Positions 1 through 8,800 of a stretch of 32,000 bases of DNA are shown here, piece after piece. The position numbers and the translations under genes are program-made. Within the stretch, counting starts at the first letter, position 1, and each line of letters begins with the position of its first letter. Where the stretch lies: positions 30,001 through 62,000 of the forward strand of contig JAQTOB010000002.1 of assembly GCA_028713575.1 (NCBI GenBank), written 5' to 3'. A model generated the notes under the pieces. The model saw only the letters and a list, made by a program, of their open reading frames with translations. It was not told the origin of the DNA and did not search any database. This DNA is from Patescibacteria group bacterium. GTDB taxonomy: Bacteria > Patescibacteriota > Patescibacteriia > UBA2591 > UBA6264.

Positions 1-53
1 AAGGAGAGAATAACAGGGACTAAGGTAAGGTTAGGATTCATGGACAAAGCACA

Positions 54-106
54 ACTTCTTGCAGGTCCGACCTGCAAGAAGTCTGCGAGAAGTGCTGCGA
101 GAAGTG
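54..106. repeat. Perfect hairpin with 13-nt arms (54-66 / 70-82), followed by the 12-bp tandem repeat CTGCGAGAAGTG x2 (83-106)
   Basis: Read directly: ACTTCTTGCAGGT-CCG-ACCTGCAAGAAGT, then CTGCGAGAAGTG twice. G+C-richer than the AT-rich flank. Cut by the window edge; function unknown. Confidence 0.5.
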
Positions 107-345
107 CTGAATCATTAATATTTACAAAATGAAAAAAGTGAAAAATGCTATTATTTTTTGTCCTGAGAAATTAGAGAAAATAAAAAGATTGATATGGGTC
201 AAAGAAACGGAAAAATTTCATATTTTATGTGATTTTAGCCAAACCGGATATTTTTATGTTAAAATATTTAGTATATTTAGTATTAAGGAATATATAGATA
301 TCCCTAAAGATAAATATTTTTTAAATGATAATATAAATAAAATAT

Positions 346-1137
346 ATGTTTAAAAATTTTTTGAAAAATTTTGATAATCCGCAAGAAGAATTGATTAATC
401 AGAAAGAATCAATTAATCCAATTAAATCAGAGCATTTAAGAGAGGGGATTAAACCAATTATGGCTTGCGTTGGGACGCCCGATGATTTTCCTGAGCCAAT
501 CAAAAAAGTGATGTCTAAAGAAAATAAATTAGTTAATGTAAATTTTTATGAAAATTTTATAGGATTAAGTTTAAAGAGATTCAAAAACGCCGGAGAATAT
601 TCTTATGTTATATCTAATATAAATAATAAAAATAAATTTTCCGAGTGTTTTTTAAACTGTACAGGATTAATAGTCGCTGGTTTTAGTAAAAAAACAAATG
701 AAAATATTTCTTTCGTCAGCCATCAAAATCCTGGCTTTTTTTTAGAAAGTGAAAACAATAAAAAGAAATTTTCCAAAGACCTTAGGCAAAGGCTATTAAA
801 ATTAAAAGATAAAAGTTTAGACAAAACCATTGATGCGGTGATTGTTGGCGGAAATTATTTTAGCCAACAGGGAAAAGTTAATGAGTTTGGGGAGGATTAT
901 TTTGCTTCAATCAAATTATTGTCAGAAGAAGTATTAAAAATTTTAGGATTTGAGCCAGTGGTTATAATTGGACCCAAAATAATTGATAGAAATCATGGCG
1001 ATGAAGATATTTTTTACGACAATAAAAATAGGCAGCTTTATATCGTCAGGTTATCTGTTGACAACAAAACAGCAAAAAGTTTCATCCCAAGTGATTTAGA
1101 AGAACAAAGTAAAAATTGGGACAAAGATAAATTTTAA
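346..1137 (+). CDS. Hypothetical protein (263 aa)
   Basis: Long ORF with coding-like composition; no motif recognised. Confidence 0.5.
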   Translation: MFKNFLKNFDNPQEELINQKESINPIKSEHLREGIKPIMACVGTPDDFPEPIKKVMSKENKLVNVNFYENFIGLSLKRFKNAGEYSYVISNINNKNKFSECFLNCTGLIVAGFSKKTNENISFVSHQNPGFFLESENNKKKFSKDLRQRLLKLKDKSLDKTIDAVIVGGNYFSQQGKVNEFGEDYFASIKLLSEEVLKILGFEPVVIIGPKIIDRNHGDEDIFYDNKNRQLYIVRLSVDNKTAKSFIPSDLEEQSKNWDKDKF

Positions 1138-1262
1138 CAAAGTGATTATTATAACCTTTACGAAGTCGCTTTGTTTGATATAATAAAAATATGAATCCTA
1201 TTATATTTTTAGGAGTTTCTATTTAAGGTTTAGGAAAATTAATTTATTTAATTTTTAACAGA

Positions 1263-2294
1263 ATGAACATTTTTTTTATTGTTTTAATCGTTATCGTTTT
1301 ACTCGGATTTTCAGGCGTGTTTTATTTCTTATTTCGGGCATTTGACAATAAAAAAGCCAATGAGGGACAGGGGATGATGATGTTGCAGAATCAGATCGGT
1401 GAAATTAGGCAAAGTATTCAGTCTCAGTATCAGCAAAGCCTTAATCTTACTAAAGATTTAACAGAAAAACTGGGCAAATTAGACCAAACCAATCAACAGA
1501 TTGTTGGTTTTGCCGACCAGTTACAGGGATTACAGGATATTTTGAAAAATCCCAAACAAAGAGGCGTTTTGGGGGAATATTTTTTGGAATCGGTGTTAAA
1601 GAATGTTTTGCCGCCGAAGATTTATAAAATGCAATATAGCTTGGGGAAAGACGAGGAAACAGAAAAAGAATTAATCGTAGACGCGGTAATTTTTATTAAA
1701 GAAAAAATCATTCCTATTGATTCCAAATTCTCTTTGGAAAATTATAATCGTTTACTAAACGAACACAATCCGGAGCAGCAAAAACAGTTGGAAAAAATTT
1801 TTAAGCAGGATTTAAAAAACAGGATTGATGAAACCTCCAAATACATTAAGCCAGAAAAAAATACTTTTGACTTTGCTTTTATGTTTATTCCTTCTGAAGC
1901 TATTTATTATGATTTATTAATCAATCAAGTTGGCCCGATTAAAAGCGTTACTAATAACTTGATTGAATACGCGGTAAAGGAAAAAAGAGTAATTATTGTT
2001 TCTCCTACCACTTTTTTAGCTTATTTGCAAATGGTATTACAGGGTTTAAAATCATTACAAATTGAAGAATCGGCAAAACAGATTAAAAAAAATATTGAGA
2101 TACTTAGCCAACATTTGCTTAGATACGATATTTATTTTAAAAAATTAGGGAATCATTTAGAAACTACAGTCAACAGCTATAACATTGCTTATAAAGAACT
2201 GGGGAAAATTGACAAAGATGTGGTTAAGATAACCGGCGGGGGAAAAAAAATTGAACCGCTGTCTTTAGATAGACCAAAAGTGATTGAGGAATAA
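1263..2294 (+). CDS. rmuC: DNA recombination protein RmuC
   Basis: N-terminal TM helix, Q-rich coiled coil, then the RmuC core (QRGVLGEYFLESVL..., FMFIPSEAIY). Confidence 0.8.
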   Translation: MNIFFIVLIVIVLLGFSGVFYFLFRAFDNKKANEGQGMMMLQNQIGEIRQSIQSQYQQSLNLTKDLTEKLGKLDQTNQQIVGFADQLQGLQDILKNPKQRGVLGEYFLESVLKNVLPPKIYKMQYSLGKDEETEKELIVDAVIFIKEKIIPIDSKFSLENYNRLLNEHNPEQQKQLEKIFKQDLKNRIDETSKYIKPEKNTFDFAFMFIPSEAIYYDLLINQVGPIKSVTNNLIEYAVKEKRVIIVSPTTFLAYLQMVLQGLKSLQIEESAKQIKKNIEILSQHLLRYDIYFKKLGNHLETTVNSYNIAYKELGKIDKDVVKITGGGKKIEPLSLDRPKVIEE

Positions 2295-2296
2295 TT

Positions 2297-3439
2297 ATGA
2301 ACAAAAAATATTTATTTATAAAAGCCATTTCCGTGCTTATCGGCACTATTATCGGAGCGGGAATTTTTGGCTTACCCTATGCTTTTGCCCAAGGCGGGTT
2401 TTTACTCGGCTTATTTTATTTATTGCTTTTAACAGGATTATTTTTAATTGCTAAACTTTGTTATACAGAAATTATTCTTCGCACAAATGATAATTTAGAA
2501 ATGGCTGGTTATGTGGAACGTTATTCGGGTCGCTTAGGCAAAATAATTATTACGCTTTGTTTAATCTTTGGGACTTATGGCGCTTTAACCGCCTATACCA
2601 TTGGGGTGGGAGAATTTCTTTATTCTTTACTTAATCCTATTTTAGGCGGAACGCAAGTATTTTGGTCTATTATTTTTTGGGTCCTGGCCAGCATTTTAAT
2701 TTTTATCGGCATCGGCATTATCAGCCGCATAGAAGTTTTTATGGTTTTCGTTTTAATTTTTATTATTTTTTTTGTTTTTTTAAAATGTTTTCCTTATTTT
2801 AATTTTCAAAATTTAAAGTATGTTAATTTAGATTGGCGAATAATTTTTTTCCCCTATGGTCCGATTCTTTTCGCCCTGGGAGGAGCTTCGGCTATTCCAA
2901 CCATGAGACGGATTTTAAAAGATAAAACTTATCTTTTAAAAAGGGCCGTGATAATTGGATTTTTTATTCCCGTAATCATATATTTGATTTTTGCCTTTAT
3001 TGTAGTCGGAGTGAGCGGGAAACAAACTTCGGAAACTGCTTTAATCGGCCTGACTAATTTTACAGACGGCAATCTTTTATTAATTGGTGGAGTTTTTGGC
3101 ATCTTTGCCATGACAACTTCTTTTTTGGCATTAGGACATTTTTTAAAAGAATTGTTTCATCGCGATTATCATTTGCCTAAAATTGTTGCCGGATTGTCAG
3201 TAGTAAGCGTTCCTTTGATTTTTTTCCTTATAGGTATGAGAAGCTTTATTACTGTCATTAGTTTTGCCGGCGGCGTTCTTTCTGGTATGCAAGGGATAAT
3301 TTTGATTGTCACTTATTATCGGGCAAAGAAAAAGGGCGATCGCCAGCCGGAATTTAGTTTTAATTTACCTCGTTTGCTGGCTTATTTTATTTATTTTTTA
3401 TTTATTTTCGGTATTGTATATCAATTTATTTATGTCTGA
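2297..3439 (+). CDS. Amino-acid permease (Aa_trans / Trp-Tyr permease-like, about 11 TM)
   Basis: Polytopic membrane protein with N-terminal IGAGIFGLPYAF motif typical of this transporter family. Confidence 0.65.
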   Translation: MNKKYLFIKAISVLIGTIIGAGIFGLPYAFAQGGFLLGLFYLLLLTGLFLIAKLCYTEIILRTNDNLEMAGYVERYSGRLGKIIITLCLIFGTYGALTAYTIGVGEFLYSLLNPILGGTQVFWSIIFWVLASILIFIGIGIISRIEVFMVFVLIFIIFFVFLKCFPYFNFQNLKYVNLDWRIIFFPYGPILFALGGASAIPTMRRILKDKTYLLKRAVIIGFFIPVIIYLIFAFIVVGVSGKQTSETALIGLTNFTDGNLLLIGGVFGIFAMTTSFLALGHFLKELFHRDYHLPKIVAGLSVVSVPLIFFLIGMRSFITVISFAGGVLSGMQGIILIVTYYRAKKKGDRQPEFSFNLPRLLAYFIYFLFIFGIVYQFIYV

Positions 3440-4478
3440 TAAATTAATTTTAGTTTTAAACGCCGGTAGTACTTCCTTTAAGTACAAATTATTTAATGAA
3501 CAATTAAAAACGATTAAAGAAGATAATTATACGCACTTAGACGGAAAGACCAATAGTCATTTAGAGGTTTTTCGCAAGATTCTTAGAGAAATCGGGGATT
3601 TGACTGATATTAAAATTGTAGGCCATCGGATTGTGCACGGTGGCGGAAAATTTTTTCAACCAACATTGATTGATGATAATAATTTTCAAGAATTAAAGTC
3701 ATTCAATCATTTAGCGCCTTTGCACAATCCTTATAATTTGCAAATTTTAGAATCTTCCCGCGTCTATTTGTCTCATGCTCCGCAATTAGCTGTTTTTGAT
3801 ACGGCTTTTTTTATTTCTCTTCCTTTTAAAGCCAAAATTTATGCCCTGCCTCTGGAGTATTATGAAAAACATCATTTACAACGTTTTGGGTTTCATGGTA
3901 TTTCGCATCAATCAGCGGCCGAACAGGCAAGAGAAAAATTAAAAAGAAAATTAAATACTCTTAATTTAATTATTTGTCATTTAGGCGGCGGTTGTAGTGT
4001 GACGGCGGTTAAAAACGGTCAAGCCATTGATACAAGCATGGGGTTTACCCCTATGGACGGATTAGTCATGATGACTAGGTCGGGCAATATTGATCCGGGC
4101 ATAATTCTTTATTTACATGAAAATTTTAACATGCCTTTTTCGGAAATCAATTATTTATTAAATAATCAGTCAGGCATAAAAGGTTTGTTTGGCAATTCCG
4201 ATTTTAAAAAACTTTTAAAAGCGGTTAAAAGGGGAAACAAAAAAGCCAAACTGGCTTTTGATATTTTTGTTTATCATGTTCAAAAATATATTGGCGCTTA
4301 TGCCGCGATTTTAGGAAAAATCGACGCTTTGGTTTTTACTGGCGCTATTGGTAACGGCGACCCTTATACTCGCAAAAAAATTTGCCAATTGGAAATGTTG
4401 AGAAAAATTAAAATTTTAAATTTTAAGGCCGACGAAGAAAAGGTCATTGCTCAAGAATGTCAAAAATTATTAATTTGA
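3432..4478 (+). CDS. ackA: Acetate kinase
   Basis: LVLNAGSTSFKY, HRIVHGG, FDTAF, RFGFHGISH, CHLGGGCSVTA, FTGAIGN motifs. Start moved from 3306 to the ATG at 3432 (MSDKLILVLNAGS). ATGTCTGA gives an 8-nt overlap with the permease stop. Confidence 0.85.
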   Translation: MSDKLILVLNAGSTSFKYKLFNEQLKTIKEDNYTHLDGKTNSHLEVFRKILREIGDLTDIKIVGHRIVHGGGKFFQPTLIDDNNFQELKSFNHLAPLHNPYNLQILESSRVYLSHAPQLAVFDTAFFISLPFKAKIYALPLEYYEKHHLQRFGFHGISHQSAAEQAREKLKRKLNTLNLIICHLGGGCSVTAVKNGQAIDTSMGFTPMDGLVMMTRSGNIDPGIILYLHENFNMPFSEINYLLNNQSGIKGLFGNSDFKKLLKAVKRGNKKAKLAFDIFVYHVQKYIGAYAAILGKIDALVFTGAIGNGDPYTRKKICQLEMLRKIKILNFKADEEKVIAQECQKLLI

Positions 4479-4493
4479 TATAAAAATTAGTTT

Positions 4494-4769
4494 ATGAATA
4501 GTTTTAATAAAATTGAAGCAAGCATTCCAGATGAAGATGTTTTTGGATGGATAGAATCCTTAAAAAGAGGAGGAATGAGCGAAGAGGAAATAGATTTGAT
4601 TTTAGAAAGACTCAATTATTATTATCGGAAGGCGAAAAATCATTTATCAGTTGAAGAAGAATTAGAAATAATAAACAAGGAACATTTTGCCAAGCACGGC
4701 CGACCTTTAGATAGTGAACAAAAAGAATATTTTAGAAAAGGATTAAAAACAAAGAGGGGAGAAAAGTAA
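4494..4769 (+). CDS. Hypothetical protein (91 aa)
   Basis: ORF followed by a good terminator; no motif recognised. Confidence 0.45.
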   Translation: MNSFNKIEASIPDEDVFGWIESLKRGGMSEEEIDLILERLNYYYRKAKNHLSVEEELEIINKEHFAKHGRPLDSEQKEYFRKGLKTKRGEK

Positions 4770-4796
4770 TTTTGCTCTTTAAAAATTTATTTTAAT

Positions 4797-4826
4797 AAAT
4801 CCGGTTTTTACCGGATTTTTATTTTG
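4797..4826 (+). terminator. Rho-independent terminator
   Basis: AAATCCGGT-TTTT-ACCGGATTT 9-bp stem followed by a T-rich run. Confidence 0.6.
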
Positions 4827-5043
4827 TTCCATTCTGAATTCTAATTTTCCTAAATTTTTTATGGTAAGATACTCGCCGCACTCGGATTTATTTAGTCGCT
4901 ATTTTGCGGCGGTTAATAATTAATAAATTTTAAACAATAAATTGTTAATAAATTTAGATGGCAAAATTAAAATGAAAGATTTTATTATTTTGATAAAAAT
5001 TATTGCAGTTTTAATTTATAATTTTTGAAAATAGTGAAAAAAG

Positions 5044-5149
5044 TTATCCACAGGGCAAAGATTGTTTTGTGGGAAAAAATGGTTTATAATACATCTGTTG
5101 TGTATATCTGTGGATAAAAGTGGGGATAAATAAAGATATCTGTGGATAA
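5044..5149. promoter_or_regulatory. Cluster of DnaA-box-like / MraZ-operator-like 9-mers upstream of mraZ
   Basis: Perfect TTATCCACA at 5044-5052. Its reverse complement TGTGGATAA at 5109-5117 and 5141-5149. One-mismatch TGGGGATAA at 5121-5129 and two-mismatch TGTGGGAAA at 5068-5076. ATATCTGTGGATAA repeated at 5104-5117 and 5136-5149. Confidence 0.5.
5062..5090 (+). promoter_or_regulatory. Candidate sigma-70 promoter for the mraZ operon
   Basis: TTGTTT (5062-5067), 17-nt spacer, TATAAT (5085-5090), about 80 nt upstream of the mraZ ATG. Confidence 0.35.
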
Positions 5150-5169
5150 CTCTCAAATAATATTTTTAT

Positions 5170-5601
5170 ATGTTTATCGGCGAATACCATTATTCAATAG
5201 ATGATAAAAATAGATTAGGTCTGCCTGTTAAATTTAGACTTGATCTTTTTAAAGGCGCAGTAGTCACGCGGGGTTTGGATGCTTGCCTTTTTTTATTTCC
5301 CAAAAAAGAATGGGAAAAATTGGCAGCTAAGTTGGCAGAAATGCCAATCAGCCAATCAAAGCCGCGGGCTTTTGCCCGCTTGATGTTGGCCGGCGCCATG
5401 GACGTGGAATTGGATAAACAGGGTAGAATTAATTTGCCTGATTATTTACGCAGTTATGCTGATTTGGGTAAAAAAGTAGTGGTGGCCGGTTTATACAATC
5501 GTTTGGAAATTTGGGACGAAAAGAAATGGGAAGAATACAAGAAAACATCAGAGGAAGACAGCTCAGAAATTGCCGAAACATTAGGAGAGTTGGGAGTATA
5601 A
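5170..5601 (+). CDS. mraZ: Transcriptional regulator MraZ
   Basis: Two SpoVT/AbrB-like halves with DDKNRLGLP and DKQGRINLP motifs; first gene of a dcw cluster. Confidence 0.9.
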   Translation: MFIGEYHYSIDDKNRLGLPVKFRLDLFKGAVVTRGLDACLFLFPKKEWEKLAAKLAEMPISQSKPRAFARLMLAGAMDVELDKQGRINLPDYLRSYADLGKKVVVAGLYNRLEIWDEKKWEEYKKTSEEDSSEIAETLGELGV

Positions 5602-5714
5602 TAGAAATGGAAAATATAAAAATCAAAACATAAAATGATAACACGAGACACAAAAAATAAAATAATAGAATCAGATATAATTTTTAATTTTGATTTTTAG
5701 GTTTTAAATTATCT

Positions 5715-6584
5715 ATGCATATTCCAGTTCTTTTAAAAGAAGTTATTGAATATTTTAATCCCAGTCCGGGCAAGAATTTTATTGACGCAACTATTGGCGG
5801 CGGGGGACATGCCAAAGAAATTTTAAAAAAAACATTTCCAGATGGGAAATTACTTGGATTAGACGCTAGTCCGGAAGCAATTGAAGACATTAAAGCTCAG
5901 ACAAAGGAAAGCGATTTAAAAAGACTTATTTTAATTAATGATAATTTTTCTCATTTAAAAGAGATTGTTCAAGAAAATAATTTTCAACCAGTTAATGGAG
6001 TTTTATTTGACTTAGGATTATCAAGTAATTTATTAGCAAGTAGCGGTCGGGGATTCAGTTTTATGGCGCATGAATTTTTAGACATGCGGTATAATCCGCA
6101 AGGCCAATCTTTAACGGCGGATAAAATTATTAACAATTACGATAAAAATGATTTAGAAATGTTTTTTCGGGATTATGGCGGAGAAAGGTTTGCTGGTCGC
6201 ATCGCTCAGGCCATTGTTAAGGAAAGAAAAAACGGGAAAATTACTATGACCAGCCAATTAGTAATGATTATAAGAAAAGCTTTAGGCCGCCGTTTTCATG
6301 TCAAAAGTTTAGCCAGGGTTTTCCAGGCCTTAAGAATTAAGATTAATTACGAGATGGAAAATATTCAATTGGGCTTTAATGACGCGGTTGACATTTTGAC
6401 ATCGGGCGGAAGAATTATTGTTCTTACTTATCATTCAGGTGAAGACCAAATTGTAAAAAATCTTTTTAAACAAGAACCAAGAATAAAAATAATAAATAAA
6501 AAAACCATTAAACCCTCTCAAGAAGAAATTAAAAATAATATTCGGGCGCGGAGCGCCAAAATGAGAGTAGGGGAGAAAATTTAA
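5715..6584 (+). CDS. rsmH: 16S rRNA (cytosine1402-N4)-methyltransferase RsmH
   Basis: HIPVLLKEV..., DATIGGGGHA SAM motif, position after mraZ. Confidence 0.9.
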   Translation: MHIPVLLKEVIEYFNPSPGKNFIDATIGGGGHAKEILKKTFPDGKLLGLDASPEAIEDIKAQTKESDLKRLILINDNFSHLKEIVQENNFQPVNGVLFDLGLSSNLLASSGRGFSFMAHEFLDMRYNPQGQSLTADKIINNYDKNDLEMFFRDYGGERFAGRIAQAIVKERKNGKITMTSQLVMIIRKALGRRFHVKSLARVFQALRIKINYEMENIQLGFNDAVDILTSGGRIIVLTYHSGEDQIVKNLFKQEPRIKIINKKTIKPSQEEIKNNIRARSAKMRVGEKI

Positions 6585-6590
6585 AACATT

Positions 6591-6923
6591 ATGACTCTTG
6601 CTCAAAAATTTTTCCGAACAATTTTCGGAGAAAAACAAAAAACAAAATACATCGTTTTTAATTGTTCCGCTTTATTGGTTTTTATTTTAATTGTTGTTTT
6701 TTATTTAATTCAAGTTAATACCGGCATTTCTTATCGTTTAGAAATGGAAAAAACAAACAAAGAAATAAGATCTTTAAAAATTGAAAACGAAGAACTTTTA
6801 AAACAAACGACCGTAGTCGGTTCTATGGCTAATGTTCACCAATTGGCGCAAGGACTAAAAATGGTTAAAGTCGACCAAACGGATTATTTATTTATGTCAG
6901 AAGAGGTTTTTGCCAGAAAATAA
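6591..6923 (+). CDS. ftsL: FtsL-like cell-division protein
   Basis: 110 aa, single TM helix followed by a coiled coil; conserved position between rsmH and the PBP gene. Confidence 0.55.
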   Translation: MTLAQKFFRTIFGEKQKTKYIVFNCSALLVFILIVVFYLIQVNTGISYRLEMEKTNKEIRSLKIENEELLKQTTVVGSMANVHQLAQGLKMVKVDQTDYLFMSEEVFARK

Positions 6924-6936
6924 TTTTATATATGAT

Positions 6937-8715
6937 ATGAATAGAAGGATAAAAATACTAATAATGTTAGTATTTCTTTTAGGATTTTGCGTGGTTGGTC
7001 GACTTTTTGAATTGCAAGTTTTGGGCCATAATTTTTTGGGTGAAACGATTTACCGCCGACAAATAACAAAGAAAATAATTCCGGCGGAACGGGGAAAAAT
7101 TTTTACTCACGACGGGAAAGATTTTTATTCCGTGGCCATTAATGTTAATACTTATAATTTAATTGCGTCACCGAATGAAGTTTCACAATCAAAAATAACG
7201 CCCGCGCAATGGTTGGGGAAAATCGTTTCTTATTTGGATATTTCCGAACCAACGTCTGTTTCAGAAGAAGTATTTTTAATTCAAGAGAACGAAGAAACAA
7301 ATAAATTAAAAAATGTTTTGATTAGAATTTCCAGCAAAAATGATTATTATGAATTATTAAAAAAGGGATTAACCACTAAGGAAATGGAAGAAATTCAAGA
7401 TTTGAATTTACCGGGTATAAGTTTTGAAACAGTTCCTCGGCGTTATTATCCAGAAGAAAACGTTTTTAGTCATTTAATTGGTTTTGTTAATTTGCCACAA
7501 GATTGCGAGCAGGGAATATGTCAAGGTGGTACTGGCCAATATGGCTTGGAAAAATTTTTTGATAAAGAACTTGCTGGTCAATCTGGATGGCAAAACATAG
7601 AAAATAGCGGCGGCTTGCCTGATTATACTAAAGACACCATTAAGCCGGCAAAAAAGGGGATTGATTTAGTTTTAACCATTGATCGCACCATTCAATTTTT
7701 TACTTGTCAACTTCTTGGAAAAGCAATTAAAGAATATGAAGCTACAGAAGGATCAATTGTGGTTTTAGAAATCAAAACAGGAAGAATTTTAGCTCTTTGT
7801 AATAAGCCGGATTTTAATCCTAATAATTATTCTGAAGTAAAAAATTATTCTTTATTTAAAAATCCGGTTGTTAATTCGTCTTTTGAGCCAGGCTCAATTT
7901 TTAAAGTTATTACCATGGCGAGCGGATTAGACAGTGGGGTGGTAATTCCGGAAACAACTTTTCTTGATTTGGGAATGATTGATATAGATGGAGATGTTAT
8001 CCATAATGTTGACGACAGAAGCTTTGGTTATCAAGATATGACCGGGATTTTGGAAAAATCAATTAATACGGGCGCAGTTTTTGTAGCACAAAAGTTAGGT
8101 CGTCCTAATTTTCGTAACTATTTGAAAAAATTTGGTTTTGGTAGCCTGACTAAAATTGAGTTGCCGGATGAAATGATTGGCGACATTAGTAATTTAGATC
8201 AAAAACAAAAAATATACTTAGCGACCGCTTCTTTTGGTCAAGGAATTACAGTTACGCCCATACAAATGGTTAACGCCATTGCCGCCATTGCCAATAAAGG
8301 CAAATTGATGAAGCCTTATTTAATTGAGGCAATAATTAAAGATGGACAAAAAATTATTCAAGAGCCGGAATTTATTCGTCAGGTAATTTCTCCATCCGTT
8401 GCCTCCTCTTTAACCGCGATGATGGTTTCGGTTTGTGAAAAAGGCTATGGAAAGGGAGCACAAGTAAAGGATTATTATGTAGCCGGAAAAACAGGAACGG
8501 CACAAATCCCCCAAAAAGGAGGCGGTTATTCTGACGAGACAATCCATTCTTTTGTTGGCTTTGCGCCGGCGACTGATCCAAAGTTTGCGGTTTTAATTAA
8601 ATTTGACAAACCTCAAAAAGGACGTTTTGCCGAATCAACCGCGGTTCCGGTATTCGCGCAATTGACGGAGTTCATTTTGGATTATTACCACATCCCGCCA
8701 GACAAAAAACATTAG
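6937..8715 (+). CDS. ftsI: Penicillin-binding protein (class B transpeptidase, FtsI/PBP2-type)
   Basis: N-terminal TM, SxxK (SIFK), SxN (SIN) and KTG (KTGTA) motifs. The ATG at 6937 is preferred over the TTG at 6910. Confidence 0.85.
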   Translation: MNRRIKILIMLVFLLGFCVVGRLFELQVLGHNFLGETIYRRQITKKIIPAERGKIFTHDGKDFYSVAINVNTYNLIASPNEVSQSKITPAQWLGKIVSYLDISEPTSVSEEVFLIQENEETNKLKNVLIRISSKNDYYELLKKGLTTKEMEEIQDLNLPGISFETVPRRYYPEENVFSHLIGFVNLPQDCEQGICQGGTGQYGLEKFFDKELAGQSGWQNIENSGGLPDYTKDTIKPAKKGIDLVLTIDRTIQFFTCQLLGKAIKEYEATEGSIVVLEIKTGRILALCNKPDFNPNNYSEVKNYSLFKNPVVNSSFEPGSIFKVITMASGLDSGVVIPETTFLDLGMIDIDGDVIHNVDDRSFGYQDMTGILEKSINTGAVFVAQKLGRPNFRNYLKKFGFGSLTKIELPDEMIGDISNLDQKQKIYLATASFGQGITVTPIQMVNAIAAIANKGKLMKPYLIEAIIKDGQKIIQEPEFIRQVISPSVASSLTAMMVSVCEKGYGKGAQVKDYYVAGKTGTAQIPQKGGGYSDETIHSFVGFAPATDPKFAVLIKFDKPQKGRFAESTAVPVFAQLTEFILDYYHIPPDKKH

Positions 8716-8800
8716 AATATTGGAGCATGAGAGCATAAGAATAGAAGAATAAAAATAATAATAAAATTTAATTTTTTATTTTACTTTTAACGAAGATTTT

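Noticed and set aside
129-353. 74-aa ORF upstream of, and overlapping, the 346-1137 gene
   Set aside because: Its 3' half is extremely AT-rich and contains a tandem TATTTAGTA x2 (about 266-283), which looks like promoter or intergenic DNA. No motif and no RBS. Not reported as a gene.
2929-3111. Antisense and overlapping short ORFs in the track: 2929-3111, 5190-5399, 5429-5653, 5454-5651, 5684-5890, 6435-6638, 8372-8581, 10388-10612, 17476-17664, 18323-18790, 18960-19220, 19649-19852, 20271-20465, 21322-21513, 23066-23251, 26448-26657, 27223-27438, 28484-28675, 30671-31242 and 31517-31753
   Set aside because: Each lies inside, or opposite, a well-supported longer gene with recognisable motifs, and has a low-complexity or odd composition. 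Treated as shadow ORFs.
3306-3431. Long N-terminal extension of acetate kinase overlapping the permease gene
   Set aside because: The extension is just the permease 3' end read in another frame. The conserved AckA N-terminus starts at the ATG at 3432.
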